DNA from: Erysipelotrichaceae bacterium MTC7
Lineage (GTDB): Bacteria; Bacillota_I; Bacilli_A; Erysipelotrichales; Erysipelotrichaceae
Assembly: GCA_001695645.1 (NCBI GenBank)
Contig: LVZN01000007.1
Location: 1-32,000, forward strand
Direction: 5' to 3'
DNA length: 32,000 nucleotides
Positions within the stretch are counted from its first letter, which is position 1. The number at the start of each line of letters is the position of its first letter. Shown in pieces: positions 24,068 to 32,000 of the stretch. Made by a program: the position numbers and the translations under genes. The notes under the pieces are model-generated. The model was not told the DNA's origin, ran no database searches, and worked only from the letters and a program-made list of their open reading frames with translations.

Positions 24068-25180
24068 TTACTTTGATATATCACTAATAACTTTATTTGC
24101 TGTACTTCGCCATGAAAATTTGTCTTCAACAGTACGATGTAATGAATTGCCTAATTCAGACCGCAAATTTTCATGCATCAGTAATTCCTTCATCGCTTGA
24201 TACAATGAGTTACTATCTTCTTTCACAAGAAGGCCATTGCTTTGATCCTGTATAATCTCCGTTATTCCTCCTTGTGCAGTTGTAATAACGGGAGTTCTCA
24301 GTAAACCTGCTTCTAGAATTGAGCTCGGCAGGCCTTCTGGCCAAATGGGCGGATAAAGAAACACATCGCTTTTTGCCAATAAATTAAGTACCTCTTTTTT
24401 TTCGATTCTGCCCAGAAAACGAATCGATTTATTGTCTTTATATTTTTTTTCAAGTTCTTCTTTTTGATTGCCCTCTCCTGCTATTATTAACTGCATGTTT
24501 GGATATTCAGATTGAAGTTTACTGTATGCATCAAGTACATTCTCAATTCCCTTCTGCTTTATAATTCTACCTGCATATGAAAATGTAAATAACTTTTGTT
24601 TCTCTCGTGTAGGAGTCTGTTGATTAACATCTATTGAGTTATACCATTCTCCTGACGATTTTACTTTAAAATGTTCAATCCATTTAGAGGCTGCCCGCGA
24701 AACTCCATAGTAATCGAAAACATATTTTTTGATTCTCCATGTTAAGGCATGTTCCACCTTCTCACCAAGAAGGTCAAACAGTTTGTGATCAACGGTTAAG
24801 TGGTTAGAACCATGTTCTATTAGACTCACCTTTATATGGTGAGTATAACCATACTTCGCTCCTACCATTGACGTTAAATGAAAGCGAGTATTCACTATAA
24901 TGTGGTCAATAGACTCACTATCTAATAAACTCATTAAGTGTTTAAATTCCTTATTCTTCTTAGGCAATGGAAATCTTTGGCTAAATATTTTAAAAATAGG
25001 TAATCGGATAATTCTAACATTTCCTTCATCTTCTACTGACTGAATCTTTTCTTCATTACTTGTAACAATAATTACACGATAACCAGCTCTTTCAAGTTCT
25101 TTTGATAAATAGTATACGTAACTTTCTACTCCACCTACATGAGGAGGATAGAAGGCAGAAAAAATCGCTATTGTTTTCAT
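24068..25180 (-). CDS. GT4-family (GT-B) glycosyltransferase.
   Basis: The N-terminus reads IAIFSAFYPPHVGGVESYV. The C-terminal EX7E-type motif reads PIWPEGLPSSILEAGLLRTPVITT. The ATG at 25180 is preferred over the GTG at 25186. Confidence 0.8.
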   Translation of the reverse strand: MKTIAIFSAFYPPHVGGVESYVYYLSKELERAGYRVIIVTSNEEKIQSVEDEGNVRIIRLPIFKIFSQRFPLPKKNKEFKHLMSLLDSESIDHIIVNTRFHLTSMVGAKYGYTHHIKVSLIEHGSNHLTVDHKLFDLLGEKVEHALTWRIKKYVFDYYGVSRAASKWIEHFKVKSSGEWYNSIDVNQQTPTREKQKLFTFSYAGRIIKQKGIENVLDAYSKLQSEYPNMQLIIAGEGNQKEELEKKYKDNKSIRFLGRIEKKEVLNLLAKSDVFLYPPIWPEGLPSSILEAGLLRTPVITTAQGGITEIIQDQSNGLLVKEDSNSLYQAMKELLMHENLRSELGNSLHRTVEDKFSWRSTANKVISDISK

Positions 25181-25185
25181 ATACA

Positions 25186-26025
25186 CTATTCAATTTCTTT
25201 CAAATATCTTGAAAGTGCATCTTGCCAATCAGGTAATCGTTTGAATCCAGCTTTGTCTAATTCTGTTTCATCCATGCGACTGTTTTTTGGACGAACCGCT
25301 TTTACTGGAAACGCTGAAGAATCAACAGGATTTACTTTGACATCCATATTTGCTTGCTTAAAAATTTCTAAAGCAAAATCATACCAAGAACAAAACCCTT
25401 GATTTGTTGCATGATATGTCCCATATTTAGCAGATTCTATCATATCTACTGCAAGTTTTGCTAAATCGAATGTGTACGTTGGTGATCCAACTTGGTCATT
25501 AACTACACTAACTTCACCACGCTCTTTTCCTAGACGAAGCATTGTTTTAATGAAATTGTTTCCGTTAGCACCAAACACCCATGCAATGCGTACAATAAAG
25601 TGTTTAGCAAGTTTTTCAACAGCGAGTTCACCTTCATACTTTGTTTGTCCATAAACATTCAACGGATCGCGTCTATCGTACTCTTGCCAAGGAGTTGTCC
25701 CTTGTCCATCGAATACATAGTCTGTACTGAAATACATCATTGGAATATCTAAAGCTTCACATACATTGGCAATATTAACTGTTCCATCAACATTAACTTT
25801 TTTACATGCTTCTACTTGTTCCTCTGCAGCATCAACTGCCGTCCAAGCTGCACAATGAATTACAGCATCATAATTTCCATTTCGTATGACTTCATTGACT
25901 TTCTCTTCATTGGTAATGTCCATTTCTTCAATATCAACGCCAATAGCTTCGATATTTCTTGTTGTACACTCCTCTATAATATCATGCCCAAGCTGTCCTT
26001 TAACACCCGTAACTAATACTTTCAT
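25186..26025 (-). CDS. rfbD: dTDP-4-dehydrorhamnose reductase.
   Basis: MKVLVTGVKGQLGHD.., YGQTKYEGE (the YxxxK motif), length 279 aa, and its position after rmlB. Confidence 0.9.
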   Translation of the reverse strand: MKVLVTGVKGQLGHDIIEECTTRNIEAIGVDIEEMDITNEEKVNEVIRNGNYDAVIHCAAWTAVDAAEEQVEACKKVNVDGTVNIANVCEALDIPMMYFSTDYVFDGQGTTPWQEYDRRDPLNVYGQTKYEGELAVEKLAKHFIVRIAWVFGANGNNFIKTMLRLGKERGEVSVVNDQVGSPTYTFDLAKLAVDMIESAKYGTYHATNQGFCSWYDFALEIFKQANMDVKVNPVDSSAFPVKAVRPKNSRMDETELDKAGFKRLPDWQDALSRYLKEIE

Positions 26026-26070
26026 CTTGCATTCTCCTTACATAACAAAAGAATCTTTTACAAGATTCTT

Positions 26071-27099
26071 TTACGCTCTTCCTTTGTCTTTATACATTTT
26101 ATCAAAATATTGTTGATATTCACCTGAAATGATGTTTTTCCACCATTCTTTGTTATCTAGATACCATTGAATTGTTTCTTCCATACCAGTATCAAAGTTA
26201 TACTTTGGTTCCCATCCTAGTTCGTTTTCCAGTTTTTCTGGGTCGATAGCATAACGCATATCGTGTCCTGGGCGGTCTGTTACATATGTAATTAAATCTT
26301 CTGATTTACCTAGTTGATTAAGAATTGTTTTTACTACTTCTAGGTTTGTACGTTCGTTGTGTCCACCAATGTTATAAACTGACCCATCAGCTCCTTTACG
26401 GATGATTAAATCAATAGCAACACAGTGGTCGTATACATGTAACCAGTCACGTACGTTGTCCCCTTTACCATAAACTGGTAAAGTCTCTTCAGCCAATGCT
26501 CTTGAAATAATAACTGGAATTAACTTTTCTGGAAATTGGTAAGGTCCGTAGTTGTTTGAACAACGTGAGATACTTACAGGCATTCCAAAAGTTCTTCCGT
26601 ATGCACCAACAAACAAGTCTGCAGCTGCCTTACTTGAACTGTATGGACTTGATGTATGCAATGGTGTTTCTTCCGTAAAGAATAAGTCTGGACGATCTAA
26701 TGGTAAATCACCATATACTTCATCTGTTGATACTTGGTGAAATCTTTTGATTCCATATTCCTTAGCAGCATCTAATAATGTAGTAGTTCCTAATACGTTT
26801 GTTCTCACAAAGCTTTCTGGATCTTCAATACTACGGTCAACGTGTGACTCAGCAGCAAAGTTAACAACTACATCAAATTTTTCTTTTTCAAATAAGTCAA
26901 AAATGAATTCACGATCTGCAATATCACCTTTTACAAATTTATAGTTTTTCTTATCTTCTACTGGTTTTAATGTTTCTAAATTTCCAGCGTATGTTAATAA
27001 ATCTAAACAAACAATTTCATCTTCAGGATATTTATCAACCATGTACATGACAAAGTTTGCACCAATAAATCCTGCTCCACCTGTTACTAAAAATTTCAT
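26071..27099 (-). CDS. rfbB: dTDP-glucose 4,6-dehydratase.
   Basis: MKFLVTGGAGFIGANF, STDEVYG, SPYSSSKAAADL, length 342 aa. Confidence 0.92.
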   Translation of the reverse strand: MKFLVTGGAGFIGANFVMYMVDKYPEDEIVCLDLLTYAGNLETLKPVEDKKNYKFVKGDIADREFIFDLFEKEKFDVVVNFAAESHVDRSIEDPESFVRTNVLGTTTLLDAAKEYGIKRFHQVSTDEVYGDLPLDRPDLFFTEETPLHTSSPYSSSKAAADLFVGAYGRTFGMPVSISRCSNNYGPYQFPEKLIPVIISRALAEETLPVYGKGDNVRDWLHVYDHCVAIDLIIRKGADGSVYNIGGHNERTNLEVVKTILNQLGKSEDLITYVTDRPGHDMRYAIDPEKLENELGWEPKYNFDTGMEETIQWYLDNKEWWKNIISGEYQQYFDKMYKDKGRA

Positions 27100-27101
27100 A
27101 A

Positions 27102-27677
27102 TTATTTTACCTCTCCGTATATAAAGTTGGCATCACTTTCTTCAAGTGTAGGCCCATTCATATCTTTTTCGCTTAAAATCGGTTCAATACCATTTAGTAA
27201 TGTTCCCCAATCTACATTGATTGATGGATCATCATAACGAATTCCACGATCACATTCTTTTGAATATAGGTTATCCACCTTGTATTGGAATTCAACATCA
27301 TCAGTTAAACACAAGAAACCATGTGCAAATCCTCTAGGGATAAAAAACATTTTTTTGTTTTCTGCACTTAATTCCACGCTAACCCATTGCTTATACGTTG
27401 GACTTCCTTTTCGGATGTCTACAGCAACATCAATGACTGTTCCTTTTGTACAACGAACAAGTTTTGCTTGTGCGCACGGTTCATTTTGCCAGTGAAGTCC
27501 ACGTAGTGTTCCGGCTTTTGCTGACATACTGTGGTTATCTTGTACAAAGATATTGTCAATTCCTGCTTCAGCAAATTTGTTTGTTGAGTAGTTTTCCATA
27601 AACCATCCTCTATGATCACCAAACACATCTGGTTCAATGATTTTTACTTCTTTAATTTCTGTATCAATTACTTTCAT
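27102..27677 (-). CDS. rfbC: dTDP-4-dehydrorhamnose 3,5-epimerase.
   Basis: FGDHRGWFMENY, TLRGLHWQ, KLVRCTKGTVIDVAVDIRKGSPTY, length 191 aa. Confidence 0.92.
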   Translation of the reverse strand: MKVIDTEIKEVKIIEPDVFGDHRGWFMENYSTNKFAEAGIDNIFVQDNHSMSAKAGTLRGLHWQNEPCAQAKLVRCTKGTVIDVAVDIRKGSPTYKQWVSVELSAENKKMFFIPRGFAHGFLCLTDDVEFQYKVDNLYSKECDRGIRYDDPSINVDWGTLLNGIEPILSEKDMNGPTLEESDANFIYGEVK

Positions 27678-27687
27678 CTTTTCTTCC

Positions 27688-28566
27688 TTAATCTACATAT
27701 TTACGGTCAATGATTCGTTTAAGATATGTACCGTATTGGTTTTTCTTATATATTTCATATGTTTCTTTTAATTCTTCAATTGTTATCCAACCTTGATCGA
27801 ATGCAATTTCTTCCAAACAAGCAATTTTCCGATTTTGGTGGGTTTCAATTGTGTACACGAAATTTGTTGCATCTGCTAATGACTCGTGGGTTCCTGTATC
27901 CAACCATGTGAAACCGTCATTTAATAAGGTAACATTTAATTCGCCTGACTCTAGATAAATACGGTTTAAATCCGTAATTTCAAGTTCACCACGTGCACTA
28001 GGTGCTAGGTTTTTTGCATATTCGACAACTTTGTTATCATAGAAGTACAGTCCTGTAACTGCATAATTTGACTTTGGTTGTTCTGGTTTTTCTTCTAATG
28101 AAATTGCTTGTCCAGCTTCATCAAATTCAACAACACCGAAGCGCTCTGGATCTTCTACGTAATAGCCAAAGACAGTTGCACCTTTGTCACGGTTTGCAGC
28201 TGCTACTAGACGTTTTGTTAAGCCATGTCCATGGAAAATATTATCTCCAAGTATCATTGCCACACTATCATCACCGATAAAATCTTCACCGATAATAAAA
28301 GCTTGTGCTAGACCATCTGGTGATGGTTGTACTTTGTACTCTAATGAAATACCAAATTGTTTTCCATCACCTAACAACTCTTCAAAACGAGGTGTATCTT
28401 GAGGTGTTGAAATAATTAATATTTCTTTGATTCCCGCACTCATCAAAATTGATAGTGGGTAATAAATCATTGGTTTGTCATATACAGGTAATAATTGTTT
28501 ACTAGTTACTTTTGTAAGTGGGTATAAACGAGTTCCACTTCCTCCAGCCAAAATGATTCCTTTCAT
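27688..28566 (-). CDS. rfbA: Glucose-1-phosphate thymidylyltransferase.
   Basis: [35 protein letters not shown], length 292 aa, RBS AAGGAGGA. Confidence 0.93.
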   Translation of the reverse strand: MKGIILAGGSGTRLYPLTKVTSKQLLPVYDKPMIYYPLSILMSAGIKEILIISTPQDTPRFEELLGDGKQFGISLEYKVQPSPDGLAQAFIIGEDFIGDDSVAMILGDNIFHGHGLTKRLVAAANRDKGATVFGYYVEDPERFGVVEFDEAGQAISLEEKPEQPKSNYAVTGLYFYDNKVVEYAKNLAPSARGELEITDLNRIYLESGELNVTLLNDGFTWLDTGTHESLADATNFVYTIETHQNRKIACLEEIAFDQGWITIEELKETYEIYKKNQYGTYLKRIIDRKYVD

Positions 28567-28592
28567 TGAGAAATCCTCCTTGTATCGTATCT

Positions 28593-28620
28593 ACTATACT
28601 AAACCATTACGTAACGTCAA
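28593..28620 (-). promoter_or_regulatory. Sigma-A-type promoter for the rml operon.
   Basis: On the minus strand, TTGACG (28615-28620) is followed by a 16-nt spacer and TATAGT (28593-28598), ~27 nt upstream of the rfbA ATG. Confidence 0.5.
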
Positions 28621-28640
28621 GGTCAACACTAAAAATGATT

Positions 28641-29798
28641 TCACATATTCTTACATATAAATAAACAAGCTTCTTTATTCACTAACAAGCCATTATTCTT
28701 CAGTTTATCTTCTAAGAACGCTATAAACTCGTCACTTCGATTTCCGATAACACTTATTTGGTTGCCATGACAACTCATTATATAGTCATAAAGATCACTA
28801 GCGCTAGTTACAAGTAGTTGATCTTGATATATGTGCATTTCAACATCAGTAAAGTATTTCTTTAGTTGTCGTTTACCATTCTCCATACCAAACACCTCAT
28901 ATAAAGGTTCATCAGAAAGTGTAATTCGATTATCAAATTCTTTTGCAATATTTGTAATTTCTTTTAAATGATTCTTACTATAGGTCGTTGTATAAAAAAT
29001 ACCTTTATCATCTAAGACACGTACAATCTCTTTTAATCCACTTTTCATGTCGTGAAGATAAAACAGTGTATGATTTGCAATAACTACATCAAAGTAATGG
29101 TCTTTAAAAGGAATATTTTCTAATGGGAAACATAAAAAGTTAAAATCATTTCCTAAGTTCTTTCGTGCGCTTTCAACCATTCCTTCACTTTTGTCACTCA
29201 AGAAAATCTCTCTGTGTCGAAAACTTATTTTTCTATTCATCCAAAGACTACCTTCACCACAACCAATTTCGAGTATTCGGTTTGTATGAGTAAGTTTAAT
29301 TTGCGAATAAATCCAATCGTACCAATCAACTTCTCCTACTGTATATTTTTGATGAAGTGAAATACGTGTTGTCAGTTGATGTGAATCCTTATAATGTTCA
29401 ATAATTCCATCTCCAGTCAATAAATGCATTAGATGCATCATTTTATCCCAATCTATACGCCTTCCTTCAATCGACTTCTCTGTCACTTCAATTGCTTGTT
29501 TTAAGTTTCGAAAGTAATCCAGTTTCTGATTTACTAATTCCTTTTGTGTATTCAACATATCAACTAAGCTTTTTCGGTCCTTACGAGAAATTAGAATCTG
29601 AATATCTTCTAAGCTAAAACCAATCTGTTTTAAAATAAGGATATTTTGGAGCTTAATAAAATCATTATCTGTATACATCCGATACTTATTATCTGGATTT
29701 ATACTTGGTTTAAGTAAACCCTTTTTATCATAGAAACGTAATGTTCGTTCAGTTACTCCAGCTTTTTTTGCAAATTCACCCGTCAAATATTTTTTCAT
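28641..29798 (-). CDS. MerR-family HTH fused to a class I SAM-dependent methyltransferase.
   Basis: The MerR HTH reads YLTGEFAKKAGVTERTLRFYDKKGLLKPS. MTase motif I is ILEIGCGEGSLW, and VVIANHTLFYLHD is also present. The likely start is ATG at 29798, because the track start at 29828 lies inside a terminator hairpin. Confidence 0.8.
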   Translation of the reverse strand: MKKYLTGEFAKKAGVTERTLRFYDKKGLLKPSINPDNKYRMYTDNDFIKLQNILILKQIGFSLEDIQILISRKDRKSLVDMLNTQKELVNQKLDYFRNLKQAIEVTEKSIEGRRIDWDKMMHLMHLLTGDGIIEHYKDSHQLTTRISLHQKYTVGEVDWYDWIYSQIKLTHTNRILEIGCGEGSLWMNRKISFRHREIFLSDKSEGMVESARKNLGNDFNFLCFPLENIPFKDHYFDVVIANHTLFYLHDMKSGLKEIVRVLDDKGIFYTTTYSKNHLKEITNIAKEFDNRITLSDEPLYEVFGMENGKRQLKKYFTDVEMHIYQDQLLVTSASDLYDYIMSCHGNQISVIGNRSDEFIAFLEDKLKNNGLLVNKEACLFICKNM

Positions 29799-29814
29799 AC
29801 CATCATTATAAAGT

Positions 29815-29842
29815 AAAAAACATGACATACATCATGTTTTTT
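29815..29842 (-). terminator. Terminator-like hairpin with a perfect 11-bp AT-rich stem, between the membrane-protein gene and the MerR-MTase gene.
   Basis: The minus strand reads AAAAAACATGA-TGTATG-TCATGTTTTTT. The T-run forms part of the stem. TATAAT (29805-29810) follows directly. Confidence 0.5.
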
Positions 29843-29850
29843 GTTTTTTA

Positions 29851-31800
29851 TTACCAATCACGTGCATATACATAATAATTCACGCCTGCTTTTGGATCCT
29901 CAATACCGTCATAGTATGTGAATCCCATAGTTTGCAATGAATTATCATAAGTCTTGCTTTGAACAACAATTGTATCAATTTCATATGTTTCTAAAAATGA
30001 ATAAAACTTCGAAATAGTTTCATCATTTGGTTCAATTAGATATGCATAATAAGCACTTTGAACCTCTGTGGTAAGTCCCTTGTATTTTCCATTCTTGTCT
30101 TCTCCAAATCTACCTACTGCAGATATTGAATAGCTATGTGGCGATACAGTACGAAGTATTATCGATAATGAGTGAGTATTATTATTTGCCATCACACCTT
30201 CTGGTGTAATTACAACATTTTGAACTTTACGCTCTTCATATCGTGATTCTAGAATTTTTCCTAATTCAATAGTAGATTGCGGAGCAATCATTTTATTATT
30301 ATATATAATCTTATAATTTGAAATTAAATCTCCATTATCTACTACACTTGTAAACAAGCAGCCAATCATTAGACCAATGCTAACACACGCCAATGCAGTC
30401 TTTTGCAATCTAAATCGAAGAAGATATTTCGAAACGAAATAGAATAAATATACAAAATTTAACGCAATAAAACTATACATGAAATCAGCAAAATTTCTAC
30501 TTGCGACGAATCCAAACATCGACAGTGTTTCAAACACATTATTAAGTGGATCTATAAACATTAATGCAAACATCAAAATAAACACTAAATTTAGACGATA
30601 GATGTACTTATTTTTCAATGTAAAGGATGCTGCAAATATAATTAGCGAACCTATAAAAAGCAAACTTGAAGTATTTAGTAAGAAATGCTCATATACCGTT
30701 TCTTGAATTACAATTGTCGGCTTATAAAGTGCATCAACAATGGTAATTCCAAAGCCAACGCCAAGTATTCCCATCAAAACTAAACCACCTAAAATTCGTA
30801 GCTTCTTATCACCGAAAACAAACCAGTGTGATATTAAAAATGATACTGCTACAATAAAACATAGTGGAATAGCAATGGTTGATTTCGATACTAATACAAT
30901 GCATATACCTATAACATATAGCACTGTTTTCCATGTGATTTTTGCATCATTCATAAATAAAATTAACAATAGAAAAATCCCACATGTTCGAACAACATTT
31001 GAACCATAGTACATGGCACTATTAAATTGCCATAAATCTTGAATTTGCAAGATACCATTACTTGCTAGGGACTGAAAACTAAATCCAAAAAACAAGATAA
31101 TGCATGTCATCCATTGGAATACTGACTCATCTTTATTTTCGGTAAGCTTAATCCATATGTTTTTTGCAAACACATACAAACAGCATGCCAATAAGAAATA
31201 ATTAAAGAATGCCATGAATAATCTAGTAAACAAGGTAGTCGATACTCCCAAGAAATAACAATATACTGAATATTCCAACTCCAAAGTGTTCAATAAATAT
31301 GTAAAGTAGTCAGATAAAGTTTCTCCAAAACCAGTAGATGGACTTGTTAAAAATCCAAATGTACTATTATATGGAGCACTTGCTATCTTACCTAAATAAA
31401 ACCCATCATCCATACTGTTATTCATCCATAACCAGTTTATAAAAGATAATGCCAATATAGAAAGAAAGAATGCGAATAAAACAAGCACCCACTGATTTCT
31501 CACAAACGTAATAATTCCATCTTTCGAAAATGATAGACTACCTCTTTTTCGTAAACGCACAATTGCAAAAACTACTAACGTAATTATCAAAACCATCAAA
31601 TAACCTGCAAATACTATCCAAGGTAAATTCAGTAATTGAATTGGAATACCCACAATAGCAACTGCAAAACTAAAGACCAAGTACCCAACAATGAACTTGT
31701 AAGGATACGATTTCTCATTTTCGCATAAAGAAGATCCAACAAGATACATAAAGAGTATATATAGCACAACAAACACGGTGCATATCAAATACTGTAACAT
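29851..31800 (-). CDS. 649-aa polytopic membrane protein with a C-terminal ~140-aa soluble domain; candidate GT-C-type glycosyltransferase or polysaccharide polymerase.
   Basis: More than 12 hydrophobic segments by eye. The gene is embedded in the glycan locus. Its ATG overlaps the upstream stop (TAATG). No family was recognised from motifs. Confidence 0.55.
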   Translation of the reverse strand: MLQYLICTVFVVLYILFMYLVGSSLCENEKSYPYKFIVGYLVFSFAVAIVGIPIQLLNLPWIVFAGYLMVLIITLVVFAIVRLRKRGSLSFSKDGIITFVRNQWVLVLFAFFLSILALSFINWLWMNNSMDDGFYLGKIASAPYNSTFGFLTSPSTGFGETLSDYFTYLLNTLELEYSVYCYFLGVSTTLFTRLFMAFFNYFLLACCLYVFAKNIWIKLTENKDESVFQWMTCIILFFGFSFQSLASNGILQIQDLWQFNSAMYYGSNVVRTCGIFLLLILFMNDAKITWKTVLYVIGICIVLVSKSTIAIPLCFIVAVSFLISHWFVFGDKKLRILGGLVLMGILGVGFGITIVDALYKPTIVIQETVYEHFLLNTSSLLFIGSLIIFAASFTLKNKYIYRLNLVFILMFALMFIDPLNNVFETLSMFGFVASRNFADFMYSFIALNFVYLFYFVSKYLLRFRLQKTALACVSIGLMIGCLFTSVVDNGDLISNYKIIYNNKMIAPQSTIELGKILESRYEERKVQNVVITPEGVMANNNTHSLSIILRTVSPHSYSISAVGRFGEDKNGKYKGLTTEVQSAYYAYLIEPNDETISKFYSFLETYEIDTIVVQSKTYDNSLQTMGFTYYDGIEDPKAGVNYYVYARDW

Positions 31801-32000
31801 TACTTACCTACTCCTTCTTGTGACTTCTTAATATAAGCACGTTCATCTAACATAAAACAATAACTTCTACTAAAATTAGGATTATAGTATGGATCGTCCG
31901 CAATATATGATTCCCATTTCTTATACATATATTCTTGTTCCCATACAAATCGTTTGTACTTAGTACTTGATGTGTCCAATCCCCTACTTTTTGATTCGTA
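31800..32000 (-). CDS. 3' end (66 codons) of a glycosyltransferase gene, probably GT2-type; its start lies beyond the window end.
   Basis: Hand translation gives ..STKYKRFVWEQEYMYKKWESYIADDPYYNPNFSRSYCFMLDERAYIKKSQEGVGK*. The DPYYNPN(F/L)S tail is common at the C-termini of rhamnosyl/GT2 transferases. The stop overlaps the next ATG. Confidence 0.55.
   Translation of the reverse strand, partial: YESKSRGLDTSSTKYKRFVWEQEYMYKKWESYIADDPYYNPNFSRSYCFMLDERAYIKKSQEGVGK

Noticed and set aside
24391-24450. Two A8/T8 homopolymer tracts inside the GT4 gene as possible phase-variation switches.
   Set aside because: They encode Lys-Lys runs (EKKE, EKKY) in an AT-rich genome where such tracts are common. 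Eight nucleotides is short for efficient slippage, and there is no evidence of frame heterogeneity in a single sequence.
8110-29828. Longer N-termini given by the ORF track (starts at 12190, 10096, 8136, 17012, 20103, 22813, 25186, 29828).
   Set aside because: Each is a TTG, GTG or upstream ATG without an SD. Some overlap a predicted promoter or terminator (20103, 29828, 12190). Internal ATGs with good SDs were preferred.

Overview
AT-rich, Bacillota-type chromosomal window in which every gene but one is on the minus strand. No rRNA, tRNA, CRISPR array, transposase or integrase was seen.

Block 1 (1-12.2 kb) is a tightly packed seven-gene operon. It encodes a membrane-anchored bactofilin, a BspA-type LRR protein, a type I signal peptidase, and a single-chain sigma-70/ECF-like factor fused to a TM helix and an extracytoplasmic beta-sandwich region. 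It also encodes three large secreted adhesin-like proteins; the last is over 1450 codons and runs off the window start.

Block 2 (12.8-20.6 kb) holds a DAG-kinase-family lipid kinase (the only plus-strand gene), another LRR surface protein, an orphan DUF2971 gene with a tiny upstream ORF, and bioY. It also holds a cadherin-like surface protein, a GH73-SH3-dockerin autolysin and a membrane-tethered XRE HTH protein.

Block 3 (20.8-32 kb) is a rhamnose-containing cell-wall polysaccharide locus. It contains rmlA-C-B-D, a GT4 transferase, a Wzx-like flippase, LicD, an opine-dehydrogenase-like gene broken by one in-frame TAG, a MerR-methyltransferase fusion, a 649-aa polytopic membrane protein, and the 3' end of another glycosyltransferase.

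The most interesting candidate is the block 1 module, which I cannot match to any named system. Its sigma-TM-sensor fusion sits next to a catalytically intact dedicated signal peptidase and a TM-bactofilin. An ECF-type promoter (GTGAAC-N17-CGAC) lies upstream of the operon. Further upstream is a ~72-nt conserved intergenic element with 21-bp-phased direct repeats, which recurs upstream of a second LRR surface-protein gene.

All domain calls come from reading motifs by eye; no database search was run.
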